DNA of 61,142 nucleotides, counting the filler. It is 5 parts of 5 records of this genome, joined end to end, with 100 filler letters (N's around TTAATTAATTAA, not from the genome) between each part and the next. Parts side by side here need not be neighbours in the genome. Positions count along the whole stretch, not along the records: positions 41,169 to 54,419 come from SRR22947727_2157; 4 more parts are not named here. One strand, given 5' to 3'. A program made the translations under genes and the position numbers. Below the pieces are notes generated by a model. The model was not told the DNA's origin. It searched no databases and was given only the letters and a program-made list of their open reading frames with translations. Positions 44,060-54,419 of the stretch are shown in pieces. Numbering within the stretch: position 1 is the stretch's first letter; every line of letters begins with the position of its first letter.

Positions 44060-44695
44060 ATGGATAAAAGTTCAACCAACTCTGTCTATAGAATTTTAGC
44101 AAAAAAAATTGGTGAACCTAAGACAGAGCTAAATTATCGGAACCCGTATACATTTTTAGTCTCTGTTGTCTTATCCGCACAAGCGACAGATAAATCAGTA
44201 AATAACGCCACTAGAGATTTGTTTAAAGCAGTTAAAACTCCCAAAGATATGGTTTTTTTAGGAGAAAGAAAGCTGAAAAATTATATAAAAACAATTGGAC
44301 TTTATAATTCTAAAGCAAGAAATGTTATTAATTTATCAAAGATATTAATAAAAGACTACCAAAGCAAGATACCTACTGAGTTTAAAGATTTAATAAGTCT
44401 CCCTGGAGTGGGTAATAAAACGGCTAGTGTTTATCAAAATGAAATTTTAGACATCCCAAGAATTGCTGTAGATACACATGTTTACCGTGTTTCAAACCGA
44501 TTAGGGCTGGTAAAGACTAAAACTGCAGATCAAACTCAAGAAATCTTAGAGCAAATAACTCCAAAAAAATGGCTAAAAACAGCCCATCACTTGCTTATTT
44601 TGCACGGAAGATATACATGCAAATCGCAAAAACCAATGTGTGACCAATGTGTCATCACGAAACACTGTTTGTATTTAAAAAATGAAAAAAATTAA
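44060..44695 (+). CDS. nth: Endonuclease III
   Basis: LSAQATD, HhH LPGVGNKTA, AVDTHV, C-x6-C-x2-C-x5-C iron-sulfur motif. Confidence 0.95.
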   Translation: MDKSSTNSVYRILAKKIGEPKTELNYRNPYTFLVSVVLSAQATDKSVNNATRDLFKAVKTPKDMVFLGERKLKNYIKTIGLYNSKARNVINLSKILIKDYQSKIPTEFKDLISLPGVGNKTASVYQNEILDIPRIAVDTHVYRVSNRLGLVKTKTADQTQEILEQITPKKWLKTAHHLLILHGRYTCKSQKPMCDQCVITKHCLYLKNEKN

Positions 44696-47600
44696 AAAAA
44701 TATTAGCAGCTAATAGAAGTGAGATTGCTATTAGAATATTTAGAGCTGCAGAGGAATCTGGAATAAAAACAGCTGCTATTTATTCTAAAGAAGATAGGTT
44801 TGCTCTTCATCGTTTTAAGACTGATGAGAGTTATCTTGTAGGTGAAGGTAAGGGACCTATTCAAGCATATCTCGATATTAATTCTATCATTGATATTGCA
44901 AAGAAAGCAGGCGTGGATGCTATTCATCCGGGATACGGTTTCTTATCAGAAAATCCTGATTTAGCTGATCAGTGTGAAAAAAATAATATTATATTTATTG
45001 GGCCCACTAAAGAAATACTTAATAGATTAGGAAACAAGACTGCAGCCAAAGAAGTTGCAGATGAGGCTGGGGTCAGCACTATTCCTTCCGTAAAAGTAAA
45101 TGAAGAAAATAAGAAAACTATTCACGATGAGGTAAATAAAATTGGTTACCCTGTTATTGTGAAAGCGAGTTGGGGTGGAGGCGGAAGAGGAATGAGAGTT
45201 GTTCTTTCTCCTGAAGAATTATCCGAACAAATAGAACTTGCACAGAGTGAGTCTAAAAAAGCATTTGGTAAGGATGAAGTTTTTATTGAAAAATTTTTAG
45301 ATGATGCGGCACATATTGAAGTTCAAATATTAGGAGATAAGCATGGTAACATCGTTCACTTGTTTGAAAGAGATTGCTCTCTTCAAAGACGTCACCAAAA
45401 AATTGTTGAAAGAGCGCCTGCACATTTTTTGGAAGAGAGCTCAAGAAAACATATTTGTGACTCAGCTGTTAAGATTGCAAAACATGTAAACTATTGTGGT
45501 GCTGGAACTGTTGAATTTTTATATGATAAAAAAAATAATCAACATTATTTCATTGAAGTAAATCCAAGAATTCAAGTAGAGCACACTGTAACAGAGGAGG
45601 TAACAGGGGTTGATATTGTCAAAGCACAAATAAGAATTGCTGAAGGCGCGAAGATTGGAGAGGATCCGGCCTTACCAAATCAAGAAAATATCAAGTTAGA
45701 TGGTTATGCAATTCAATGCCGTGTTACTACAGAAGATCCCCTTAATAATTTTATGCCGGATTATGGGAAGATAATGACATATCGATCTGCTTCTGGTTTT
45801 GGTGTAAGATTAGATGGTGCAACGGCAGCCTCAGGATCAATTATTACACCGTATTATGATTCTCTTCTTGTAAAAGTTACGACTTGGGCACAATCAACTG
45901 ATGACTGTATTAGAAGAATGGACAGAGCGCTTCGTGAGTTTCGAATAAGAGGTGTTAAAACCAATCTTGTTTTTCTTGAGTCTCTTATAAACAACGATGA
46001 TTTTAAGTCTGGCAAGTACAATACTAATTTTGTTGATACTAAAAAAGATTTATACAACTTCAAACCTAAAAAAGATCGTGCATCAAAAATTATTTCTTAT
46101 TTAGGTGATGTTGTTGTCAATGGACACCCTGATATAACAGGAAGAACAAATGATTTTAATTTATCTGGTGCGGTTATTCCTTCTTTTGAAAAAAATAATA
46201 GTGCTACTAATTATGCAGAAGAATTAAAAAAAGTTGGGCCTGAAAAATTCAGCAAAAAATTAAAAGAAAAAAAATATACTTTGATTACTGACACAACTAT
46301 GCGTGATGCTCACCAGTCGCTTCTTGCAACAAGAATGAGGACTGATGATCTTGTTAATATTGCTGAATTTTATAGTAACAAACTCTCTGATTTATTCTCC
46401 ATTGAGTGTTGGGGTGGTGCAACTTTTGATACTTCGATGAGGTTTTTAAAAGAGGATCCGTGGGATAGGTTAGCAAAAATAAATCAACAGGCACCTAATA
46501 TTTTAAAACAAATGCTTTTACGTGGATCCAACGCTGTTGGGTATAAAAATTATCCTGATAACGTCGTTAAGTTTTTTGTTAAAGAAGCTGCACAAGCAGG
46601 TATTGATGTGTTTAGAGTTTTTGATTCATTGAACTTAATTGATAATATGAAAGTCTCTATTGAAGAAGTTCGATTACAAAATAAAATTTGTGAAGGAACA
46701 ATTTGTTATACCAACGATGTCACTAACCCCAAAGAAAATAAATATACGTTAAAATATTATATTGAGCTCGCAAAAGAATTAGAAAAAGCAGGTTCTCATA
46801 TCATTGCTATTAAAGATATGGCAGGCTTATGTAAGCCATCAGCAATTAAACTTTTAATAAAAGAATTAAGAAATGAAATTTCACTACCTATTCACTATCA
46901 CACTCACGATACATCCGGCACTTCATCGGCTACTGTTTTGGCAGCAATTGAAGAAGGTATAGATATAATTGATTTAGCAATGGATTCAATGAGTGGCTTG
47001 ACCTCTCAACCAGCACTAGGTTCTATGGTGTCAATAATGAAGCAAAACTATGAAGACCCAAGACTTGATGAAGTTAATATAAGAGAAGCTTCATTATACT
47101 GGGAGCAAGTTAGAAATAATTACAAAGCTTTTGAGACTGATTTTAAAGGTGGTAGCTCGGATGTATATTTACATCAAATGCCAGGAGGGCAATTTACCAA
47201 CCTAAAAGAACAAGCTCGATCTCTTGGTATAACAACTGACAAATGGGGTCTTGTTGCTAATATGTATGCGGCTGTGAATAAAATGTTTGGAGATATAATC
47301 AAGGTAACACCTTCCTCAAAAGTTGTAGGAGACATGGCGCTCTATATGATTACAAATGATCTCAGCCCCGAGGATGTTTTGAATCCGAATAAAGAAATTT
47401 CTTTTCCTTCATCAGTTGTAGAATTTTTTAAAGGTGAAATTGGAATACCTATGGGTGGATTTCCAGAAACTCTGCAGAAGAAAATATTAGGTAATGAGAA
47501 ACCACTTACTAAAAGAGCAGGCTCTGTTCTGCCAAGTGTTGACTTGGAAAAGGAAAAAGAGAATTTAGAGACAAAATACGAAGATAAAATTTCTAATCAA

Positions 47601-48122
47601 CAACTAGCTTCGTATTTGATGTACCCAAAAGTATTTGAGGACTTTATGGATCATCATCAAACATATAGCGATACCTCTATTCTATCAACCGAGTTATTTT
47701 TTTATGGACCACTTCTAGATAAGGAATATTCCTTACCAATAGATAAAGGTAAAAATCTCATTGTTCGTTATTTAGCAAAAGGAGAACCCAATGCTAACGG
47801 TTCAAGCTCAGTATTTTTTGAACTGAATGGCCAACCAAGAACGATTGAAATAACTAATAAAGAGTTTTCAAAAAATGTTGCCACTAAAGCTAAATCAGAA
47901 GAAGGTAATACAAATCATATTGGATCACCTTTGCCAGGACAGGTTGCTAAAATATTTGTTAATGAAGGTATAAAGGTAATTAAGGGTGACAGAGTTTTGG
48001 TAATTGAAGCAATGAAAATGGAAACAACTATTAATGCAGAAAAAAGTGGTACAATAAAAAAAATCTACGTTAGTTCTGGAGATAATGTAGAGACAAAAGA
48101 TCTGTTAATTGAAATAGAATAA
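44682..48122 (+). CDS. pyc: Pyruvate carboxylase (single chain)
   Basis: Biotin carboxylase (ANRSEIA, HPGYGFLSE, ERDCSLQRRHQK), carboxyltransferase (RDAHQSL, WGGATFD, IKDMAG, HTHDT, KVTPSSK), biotin site AMKM. Confidence 0.96.
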   Translation: MKKIKKILAANRSEIAIRIFRAAEESGIKTAAIYSKEDRFALHRFKTDESYLVGEGKGPIQAYLDINSIIDIAKKAGVDAIHPGYGFLSENPDLADQCEKNNIIFIGPTKEILNRLGNKTAAKEVADEAGVSTIPSVKVNEENKKTIHDEVNKIGYPVIVKASWGGGGRGMRVVLSPEELSEQIELAQSESKKAFGKDEVFIEKFLDDAAHIEVQILGDKHGNIVHLFERDCSLQRRHQKIVERAPAHFLEESSRKHICDSAVKIAKHVNYCGAGTVEFLYDKKNNQHYFIEVNPRIQVEHTVTEEVTGVDIVKAQIRIAEGAKIGEDPALPNQENIKLDGYAIQCRVTTEDPLNNFMPDYGKIMTYRSASGFGVRLDGATAASGSIITPYYDSLLVKVTTWAQSTDDCIRRMDRALREFRIRGVKTNLVFLESLINNDDFKSGKYNTNFVDTKKDLYNFKPKKDRASKIISYLGDVVVNGHPDITGRTNDFNLSGAVIPSFEKNNSATNYAEELKKVGPEKFSKKLKEKKYTLITDTTMRDAHQSLLATRMRTDDLVNIAEFYSNKLSDLFSIECWGGATFDTSMRFLKEDPWDRLAKINQQAPNILKQMLLRGSNAVGYKNYPDNVVKFFVKEAAQAGIDVFRVFDSLNLIDNMKVSIEEVRLQNKICEGTICYTNDVTNPKENKYTLKYYIELAKELEKAGSHIIAIKDMAGLCKPSAIKLLIKELRNEISLPIHYHTHDTSGTSSATVLAAIEEGIDIIDLAMDSMSGLTSQPALGSMVSIMKQNYEDPRLDEVNIREASLYWEQVRNNYKAFETDFKGGSSDVYLHQMPGGQFTNLKEQARSLGITTDKWGLVANMYAAVNKMFGDIIKVTPSSKVVGDMALYMITNDLSPEDVLNPNKEISFPSSVVEFFKGEIGIPMGGFPETLQKKILGNEKPLTKRAGSVLPSVDLEKEKENLETKYEDKISNQQLASYLMYPKVFEDFMDHHQTYSDTSILSTELFFYGPLLDKEYSLPIDKGKNLIVRYLAKGEPNANGSSSVFFELNGQPRTIEITNKEFSKNVATKAKSEEGNTNHIGSPLPGQVAKIFVNEGIKVIKGDRVLVIEAMKMETTINAEKSGTIKKIYVSSGDNVETKDLLIEIE

Positions 48123-48124
48123 AT

Positions 48125-48646
48125 TTAATTTAGTAAATTAAATTCTTTATAACACCCTTCTAGTGCCTGCTTTGAATTTAATAATTCTGCGTTGCTATTT
48201 CTTAACTCAAAATATTCAACTCTTTTATCACTCGCTTCTTGGTTAAAAAATAAAAACAATCTACATTTATCACTATCATATCTTAGTGTGTACACAGACC
48301 CATCTATCCTTGAAAGCTCAGCTTTACCTAATAAGTTGAAAATTATATTTTCATTTTTTCCAATAAAATTTATATCTGCTAATTTTTGTTGGTTTTCGAT
48401 AATATTTTTTTCTATTTCTTTTTTTTCTTCTAAGATTTCTATTTCTTCCTCTAATTCTTTTTCTTCAATAATTTCTTCAATTACAGTTTCTTCTTCACTC
48501 TCTTTTATTGGAATAGTTTTTTTCACCTTTTCAGTAACAGTATTTGTAACTTTAATAACTTCTTTGGTAACCTCTACAGTAGAACATCCCCAAACTAATA
48601 ATGATAATGTAAGAAATAAAAATATCCGCATTGCTCTTATGATCAA
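48125..48646 (-). CDS. Hypothetical lipoprotein (probable start ATG 48631)
   Basis: Lipobox VWGC after a hydrophobic signal, Glu-rich linker, small C-terminal domain with two Cys. Confidence 0.7.
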   Translation of the reverse strand: MIIRAMRIFLFLTLSLLVWGCSTVEVTKEVIKVTNTVTEKVKKTIPIKESEEETVIEEIIEEKELEEEIEILEEKKEIEKNIIENQQKLADINFIGKNENIIFNLLGKAELSRIDGSVYTLRYDSDKCRLFLFFNQEASDKRVEYFELRNSNAELLNSKQALEGCYKEFNLLN

Positions 48647-48667
48647 TTGTATATATGTAATATATTT

Positions 48668-49288
48668 ATGATTACATCAATTAAATCGCCTTTCTTAGAA
48701 TATAAAATGACAATTTTGAGAAATAAAAAAACTTCTAATTCTCTATTCAGGCAAACAATGAACGAAGCAAGCTATTTAATAGCAGCTGAAGTATTAAAGC
48801 ATTTAAAATATAAAAAAGTAACTGTCCAAACACCACTTACAAAAACGACTGGAAAAGATCTTGCGCAGCAAGTTATTCTTGTACCGATTTTGAGAGCTGG
48901 ACTTGGATTGCTAGAGGGTTTTGTAAAGTTTTTACCGGATGCAGAAAAAGGACATATTGGTTTATATCGTGATGAACAAACATATGAGCCAGTTGAATAT
49001 TTATTCAAACTTCCCAAAACTAAAAATAAAAAAGTTCTTGTCCTTGACCCAATGCTTGCTACAGGTAACTCATCTATAGCGGCTATAAATCTAATAAAGA
49101 ACAAAGGCGTTAATATTAAAGATGTTTCATTGATTTCTCTTCTTGCCGCACCTGAGGGAATAAAAAATGTCCAAAAAAATCATCGCTCACTTCATGTCTT
49201 TACCTGTCAAATTGATGCAAAATTGGATAAAAATAAGTTTATAGTACCCGGTCTTGGTGATGCTGGCGATCGATATATGGGTACCTAG
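48668..49288 (+). CDS. upp: Uracil phosphoribosyltransferase
   Basis: VPILRAGLG, GLYRDE, DPMLATG, IVPGLGDAGDR; ATG at 48668. Confidence 0.96.
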   Translation: MITSIKSPFLEYKMTILRNKKTSNSLFRQTMNEASYLIAAEVLKHLKYKKVTVQTPLTKTTGKDLAQQVILVPILRAGLGLLEGFVKFLPDAEKGHIGLYRDEQTYEPVEYLFKLPKTKNKKVLVLDPMLATGNSSIAAINLIKNKGVNIKDVSLISLLAAPEGIKNVQKNHRSLHVFTCQIDAKLDKNKFIVPGLGDAGDRYMGT

Positions 49289-49396
49289 ATCATTTATCCA
49301 CGATATATAATATAAATCAAATTTATTAATTTTTTTTTCAGTTAAAGATGATATCTAAAGATTATATTTTACAGAAATAATAAGGAGATATTTACT

Positions 49397-50374
49397 ATGA
49401 AAAAACTTTTAAATATTTTTGTTGTTTCTTTCGCACTTGTATTTTCATCAAATCTTTTTGCAAATAAAATTGGTGTAATTTACGATGCTGGAGGAAAATT
49501 TGACAAATCTTTTAATGAATTAGCCTTTAAAACCGCTGAAAGAGTAAAAAATGAGTTAGGCTGGACCATGGTTGAGTTTGAAGCATCTAACAATACTCAA
49601 ATTGAACAAGGAATGAGAAAAGTTGCTGATAGAGGAGCTACTCTTGTTGTTGCAATGGGATTTGCACAAGCTGATGCAGTTGCTGCTGTAGCTCCAGACT
49701 ACCCAGATACAAACTTTGTAGCTGTTGATGTTTGTTGGTTGGATGATCCAGCAGGAAATATTTATCAAGCATGTTACAAAGAACACGAAGGATCTTTTCT
49801 TGTTGGTATGATTGCCGCTATGGCATCCGAAAGTGGCACGATTGGATTTGTTGGAGGAATGGATATTCCTTTGATCAGAAAGTTCCAAGGTGGTTATGAG
49901 CAAGGTGCACAATATGTAAACCCGGACATTCAAGTTATAGCTAATATGACTGGAACAACTCCTGAAGCTTGGAATAACCCAACTAAAGGTGCTGAGTTAA
50001 CTAAAGCTCAAGTTGATGGTGGCGCTGATGTTGTTTATCAAGCTGCTGGTGGAACTGGAATTGGCGTTCTTCAAGCTGCAGCTGATGCAGGCATCATGGG
50101 TATCGGTGTTGATACAAATCAAAACTGGATGCACCCAGGAAATATGTTAACTTCAATGTTAAAACGTTTAGATTTAACAATCTTTGAGCAAGCTGAAAAA
50201 ACTGCTGCTGGTACTTTTGAGCCCGCTATAGTTGTATTAGGTCTTGCAGAAGGTGGAGTTGGTTATGCTGCTGAAGATGGTATGGTAACAGATGAAATGT
50301 CTGCTGCTGTTGAAGCTGCTGCCGCAGAAATTGCAAGTGGAGCAATGGCTGTCGCTGACTGGTCACAAGAGTAA
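49397..50374 (+). CDS. BMP-family ABC transporter substrate-binding protein (likely nucleoside)
   Basis: Signal peptide, GGKFDKSFNE, EHEGSFLVG, GFVGGMD, AAGGTG.G, IGVD.NQ, TSMLKR; AAGGAG SD. Confidence 0.92.
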   Translation: MKKLLNIFVVSFALVFSSNLFANKIGVIYDAGGKFDKSFNELAFKTAERVKNELGWTMVEFEASNNTQIEQGMRKVADRGATLVVAMGFAQADAVAAVAPDYPDTNFVAVDVCWLDDPAGNIYQACYKEHEGSFLVGMIAAMASESGTIGFVGGMDIPLIRKFQGGYEQGAQYVNPDIQVIANMTGTTPEAWNNPTKGAELTKAQVDGGADVVYQAAGGTGIGVLQAAADAGIMGIGVDTNQNWMHPGNMLTSMLKRLDLTIFEQAEKTAAGTFEPAIVVLGLAEGGVGYAAEDGMVTDEMSAAVEAAAAEIASGAMAVADWSQE

Positions 50375-50385
50375 CAATAAAAATC

Positions 50386-50431
50386 TTTGGTGAGACCAAA
50401 TCTTAAATAGTTTTATGGTCTCACCTATTTT
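50386..50431 (+). promoter_or_regulatory. Intercistronic stem-loop overlapping the ATPase start codon
   Basis: GGTGAGACCA (50389-50398) and TGGTCTCACC (50416-50425) form a perfect inverted repeat followed by TATTTT; alternative hairpin TTTGGT-GAG-ACCAAA at 50386-50400. Confidence 0.6.
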
Positions 50432-51935
50432 ACAACTAACTAATATTAGTAAATCTTATGGCCATGTTCAGGCTAATAAAAATATCAACTTAACAATTAA
50501 TAAAGGAACCATTCACGGCATCATAGGTGAAAATGGAGCAGGAAAATCTACCTTAATGAGTATTGTTTATGGGCTTTATCAAGCTGACTCAGGGACAATT
50601 AAAGTAAATGAAAAAGAAATTAAACTTAAATCACCAAGAGATTCCATAGAAAATGGCATTGGTATGGTGCACCAACATTTTATGCTCGTAGAAAACTTTA
50701 CCGTTCTCGAAAATATCGTTTTAGGTTTTGAAGGTGAGGTAGTCTTTGGAAAAAATTTAGAAAAAGCAAAAATAGATCTAAAAAATTTGTGTGAAACATA
50801 TAATTTAAATGTTGATCTTGATTCTGTCATATCAGATTTATCTGTTGGCTTTCGACAAAGAGTGGAAATTTTAAAATCGTTATATCGCGGCGCAGAAGTA
50901 TTTATTTTAGATGAGCCAACAGGTGTTTTGACACCACAAGAGGTTGATGAATTGTTTAAGATACTTCGCTCTTTAAAAGAAGAAGGAAAAACAATTGTAT
51001 TAATTACGCACAAGTTAAATGAGATTATGGATTTAACAAGTGAAGTTTCAGTTATGCGCCAAGGGGAGATTGTAGGGCATACTAAAACTGAAACTACAAA
51101 TAGAGAAAAGCTTGCAGAGATGATGGTTGGAAGAAGTGTCCTGTTAAGAATTAATAAATCAAAAACTAAAAGAGGTGATGTTGCATTTAGAGTAGAAAAT
51201 TTAACAGTAAAAGATGATCTAGATGTTACACGGGTAAAGAATATAAATTTAGAAATACATGCAGGAGAAATTTTAGGTTTAGCTGGTGTCACAGGAAATG
51301 GACAAACTGAGCTCCTTGAAGCTTTATCAGGTATAAGGAAGGTTGAGTCAGGAGAGATTTTTTTGAATGGAGAAAAAATATCAGACAGTTCAGAGCTATT
51401 AAACCCCAGGGAGCTTAAAGAAAAAGGTCTAGCACACATTCCTGAGGATCGTCAAAGAATGGGATTAGTAACTGATTTTAAAGCGTCTGAAAATTTAATT
51501 TTTGGCTATCATGATCAAGAACCTTATTCAAAATCGTCAATAATGAATGAGAATAAAATTTTGGACTATTCAAAAAGAGTTATGGAGGAATATGATGTAA
51601 GGCCAAGATCTCCACATTTAATGACCTCAAATTTTTCTGGCGGTAACCAGCAAAAACTTATTTTAAGCAGAGAGTTAAATGAAAACCCTAAAATATTACT
51701 TATAGGCCAACCAACTAGAGGTGTGGATATAGGTGCAATAGAATTTATTCACCAAAGATTAATTGATATGCGTGATAAAGGTGCGGCGATATTATTGGTA
51801 TCAGTCGAGTTGGAAGAAATATTATCTTTATCTGATAGAATAGCAGTAATGTTTGATGGAATTATTGTTGGAGAAAGAGTTAATGAAGATGTGACAGACC
51901 GTGAATTAGGTTTGTTAATGGCGGGAGTAGCGTAG
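50415..51935 (+). CDS. Nucleoside/sugar (CUT2) ABC transporter ATP-binding protein
   Basis: GENGAGKST, MVHQHFML, DEPT, PEDR, SGGNQQK, QPTRGVDIGA. Confidence 0.94.
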   Translation: MVSPILQLTNISKSYGHVQANKNINLTINKGTIHGIIGENGAGKSTLMSIVYGLYQADSGTIKVNEKEIKLKSPRDSIENGIGMVHQHFMLVENFTVLENIVLGFEGEVVFGKNLEKAKIDLKNLCETYNLNVDLDSVISDLSVGFRQRVEILKSLYRGAEVFILDEPTGVLTPQEVDELFKILRSLKEEGKTIVLITHKLNEIMDLTSEVSVMRQGEIVGHTKTETTNREKLAEMMVGRSVLLRINKSKTKRGDVAFRVENLTVKDDLDVTRVKNINLEIHAGEILGLAGVTGNGQTELLEALSGIRKVESGEIFLNGEKISDSSELLNPRELKEKGLAHIPEDRQRMGLVTDFKASENLIFGYHDQEPYSKSSIMNENKILDYSKRVMEEYDVRPRSPHLMTSNFSGGNQQKLILSRELNENPKILLIGQPTRGVDIGAIEFIHQRLIDMRDKGAAILLVSVELEEILSLSDRIAVMFDGIIVGERVNEDVTDRELGLLMAGVA

Positions 51936-53053
51936 TGAGTTCTGCAGTAGATAAGTCCAAAGTTCCTTGGTGGGTTTCAAATTTAATAGTTCCATTGGTA
52001 AACTTGACTTTAGCGCTTCTGGTATCTGCTTTGTTTATTTTTATCGCAGGTGAAAATCCATATCAGGCTATTAAACTAATTATATATGGATCTTTTGGTT
52101 ACATAGAGGGGTTTGCTTACACTCTTTATTATACCACCAATTTTATTTTTACCGGATTAGCTTTTGCAGTTGCTTTTCATTGTCGTCTTTTCAATATAGG
52201 TGGAGAAGGACAGGCTTATCTAGGAGGGTTGGGAGTTTTTCTTGTAGCAATAAATTTTAGTTTTCTGCCAGTTCCAATTGTTTGGATCCTCTCAATAGCT
52301 GGAGCTTTTATTTTTGGTGCCGCTTGGGCATTTATACCGGCTTACTTACAAGCAAAAAGAGGTAGTCATATTGTGATTACAACTATCATGTTTAATTTCA
52401 TAGCATCCTCATTAATGGTTTATTTGTTGGTTGATGTTATTCGTGACATGAAACAAATGGGACCTCATACCGTTGCACTACCAAAAGAACTATGGCTTCC
52501 TAACTTTAAAGATTTTGCGGCTTTGTTTGGTATTAAAATTAGATACTCTCCTCTTAATGCATCGTTCCTTTTAGCAATTGCTGCATCTTTCTTTGTTTGG
52601 TTTCTTGTTTGGAAAACTAAATGGGGATATGAAATGAGAGCAGTTGGTCACAATACACAAGCAGCTATTTATGCAGGAATTTCTCCTTATAAAAATATAA
52701 TTATAGCGATGTTAATCTCTGGAGGTCTGGCTGGACTGTTAAGTATCAATGAAATACTGGGTGTGCATCACAAAATAGTTTCAGGATTTCCTGCAGGATA
52801 CGGCTTCACTGGAATTGCCGTTGCTTTGATGGGAAGAAATCACCCCATAGGAATATTTCCCGCAGCATTTTTATTTGGAATTTTATACCAAGGTGGATCA
52901 GAGGTAACTTTTGATATGCCAAATATAACACGGTATATGTTTGTTGCTGTTCAGGGGGTTATAATTTTATTTAGTGGCGCTTTAGAAAATTTATTTAGAC
53001 CACAAATTGAAAGTTTTTTTGTAAAGAGACTTAATAGAGAGGTTAAAGCGTAA
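51935..53053 (+). CDS. Nucleoside ABC transporter permease 1
   Basis: FNIGGEGQ, VITTIMFN, GYEMRAVG.N, GFTGIAVALMGRNHP. Confidence 0.92.
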   Translation: MSSAVDKSKVPWWVSNLIVPLVNLTLALLVSALFIFIAGENPYQAIKLIIYGSFGYIEGFAYTLYYTTNFIFTGLAFAVAFHCRLFNIGGEGQAYLGGLGVFLVAINFSFLPVPIVWILSIAGAFIFGAAWAFIPAYLQAKRGSHIVITTIMFNFIASSLMVYLLVDVIRDMKQMGPHTVALPKELWLPNFKDFAALFGIKIRYSPLNASFLLAIAASFFVWFLVWKTKWGYEMRAVGHNTQAAIYAGISPYKNIIIAMLISGGLAGLLSINEILGVHHKIVSGFPAGYGFTGIAVALMGRNHPIGIFPAAFLFGILYQGGSEVTFDMPNITRYMFVAVQGVIILFSGALENLFRPQIESFFVKRLNREVKA

Positions 53054-54024
53054 TGGAATTTTTATCAGATATAGCCTCTATAACAAACTCCACGCTTAGA
53101 ATTTCAACTCCATTAGTTTTTGCTGCAATGGCTGGTATATTTGCTGAACGCTCAGGTGTTATCGATTTTAGTTTAGAAGGTAAAATGCTAATGGCGGCAT
53201 TTGTGGCTGCAGTTGGCTCTTATTTTTTTGGCAATCCATGGGCTGGATTATTAATGGCTATTATTGCTTGTGTAAGTTTATCCATGTTACATGGCTTTGC
53301 ATCCGTAACGCATAAAGGTGATCAAGTTGTCTCTTGTGTTGCCATTAATATTTTAATAATTGGTTTAACAACAGCCTTAGCAGCAGCATGGTTTGGGCAA
53401 GCAGGATTGACACCAACATTAACAGATGATCAGCGGTTTTTAGAAATTACCCTTCCTTTTGCTGATGCCTTAAGAGAGGTTCCTATTATAGGTTTAATTT
53501 ATAGTGATATACTAAGTGGACATTATATCTTTGTGTATCTAGCTTATCTATCTGTACCCATTGTTTACTGGATAGTTTTCAAAACTAGTTTTGGTCTACG
53601 AGTAAGAGCAGTGGGTGAAAATCCAAGTGCAGTTGACACTGCGGGAATAAATGTCTTTGCAATGCGGTATAAAGCACTTGCCATCAACGGGGTTTTAATA
53701 GCATTTGCAGGAGCTCATCTTTCAACAGCGGTTAATGCAAATTTTTTTCGAGAGATGTCTGCAGGTAGAGGATACTTAGCTTTAGCAGCAATGATCTTTG
53801 GAAAATGGCATCCCAAGACTGCGTTGTTAGCATGTTTACTTTTTGGATTTACGGACGCCCTTCAAATAAGATTACAGGGCGTAGAGCTTCCTGCTATTGG
53901 CACAATTCCTGTTCAATTAATTCAAGCTGTTCCTTATGTGTTAACTGTAGTTCTACTTGCTGGTTTTGTTGGTAAGGCAATTGCTCCAAGAGCTATTGGG
54001 CAACCTTACATAAAAGAAAGATAA
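53053..54024 (+). CDS. Nucleoside ABC transporter permease 2
   Basis: ERSGV...LEG, GLRVRAVGENP, GRGYLALAAMIFGKW, PYV. Confidence 0.92.
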   Translation: MEFLSDIASITNSTLRISTPLVFAAMAGIFAERSGVIDFSLEGKMLMAAFVAAVGSYFFGNPWAGLLMAIIACVSLSMLHGFASVTHKGDQVVSCVAINILIIGLTTALAAAWFGQAGLTPTLTDDQRFLEITLPFADALREVPIIGLIYSDILSGHYIFVYLAYLSVPIVYWIVFKTSFGLRVRAVGENPSAVDTAGINVFAMRYKALAINGVLIAFAGAHLSTAVNANFFREMSAGRGYLALAAMIFGKWHPKTALLACLLFGFTDALQIRLQGVELPAIGTIPVQLIQAVPYVLTVVLLAGFVGKAIAPRAIGQPYIKER

Positions 54025-54092
54025 TAGTTATTATTATTTAATAATTATTAAAAAAACTAACTATATATAAGGGAATAAAAATAGGAGATGAT

Positions 54093-54419
54093 ATGTCAAT
54101 ATTAGAAAAATACGATAAAATATTTCAAGCTAAAGATGAAGCTGGAATGAATGAAATTCTTCATGATGATTTTAAATTTACAATGCACTCATCAGGAAAT
54201 CAACTTTCAAAATCTGATGTAATTAGTTGGGCTATGAGTGATGATATTTCTGAAGATAGAGATCGTTCTAGAATTATATATGAAAATGACGAAATAGGGG
54301 TACATCACGCTTTTGTAACTTTTAAAGACGGTAATACCCAAGCTGTTATGGCAGTATATAAATTTAAAGATGGTAAAATAATTTCTATGGAAACTGGCGC
54401 AACTAATATGCCAAAATAA
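54093..54419 (+). CDS. NTF2/SnoaL-like small protein
   Basis: LHDDF, RIIYENDEI, FKDGKII..ETGAT; AGGAG SD. Confidence 0.7.
   Translation: MSILEKYDKIFQAKDEAGMNEILHDDFKFTMHSSGNQLSKSDVISWAMSDDISEDRDRSRIIYENDEIGVHHAFVTFKDGNTQAVMAVYKFKDGKIISMETGATNMPK

Noticed and set aside
50579-51439. 286-aa antisense ORF, plus many shorter shadow ORFs in contig 1
   Set aside because: Fully antisense or out of frame to well-conserved genes, no recognisable motifs; explained by codon bias
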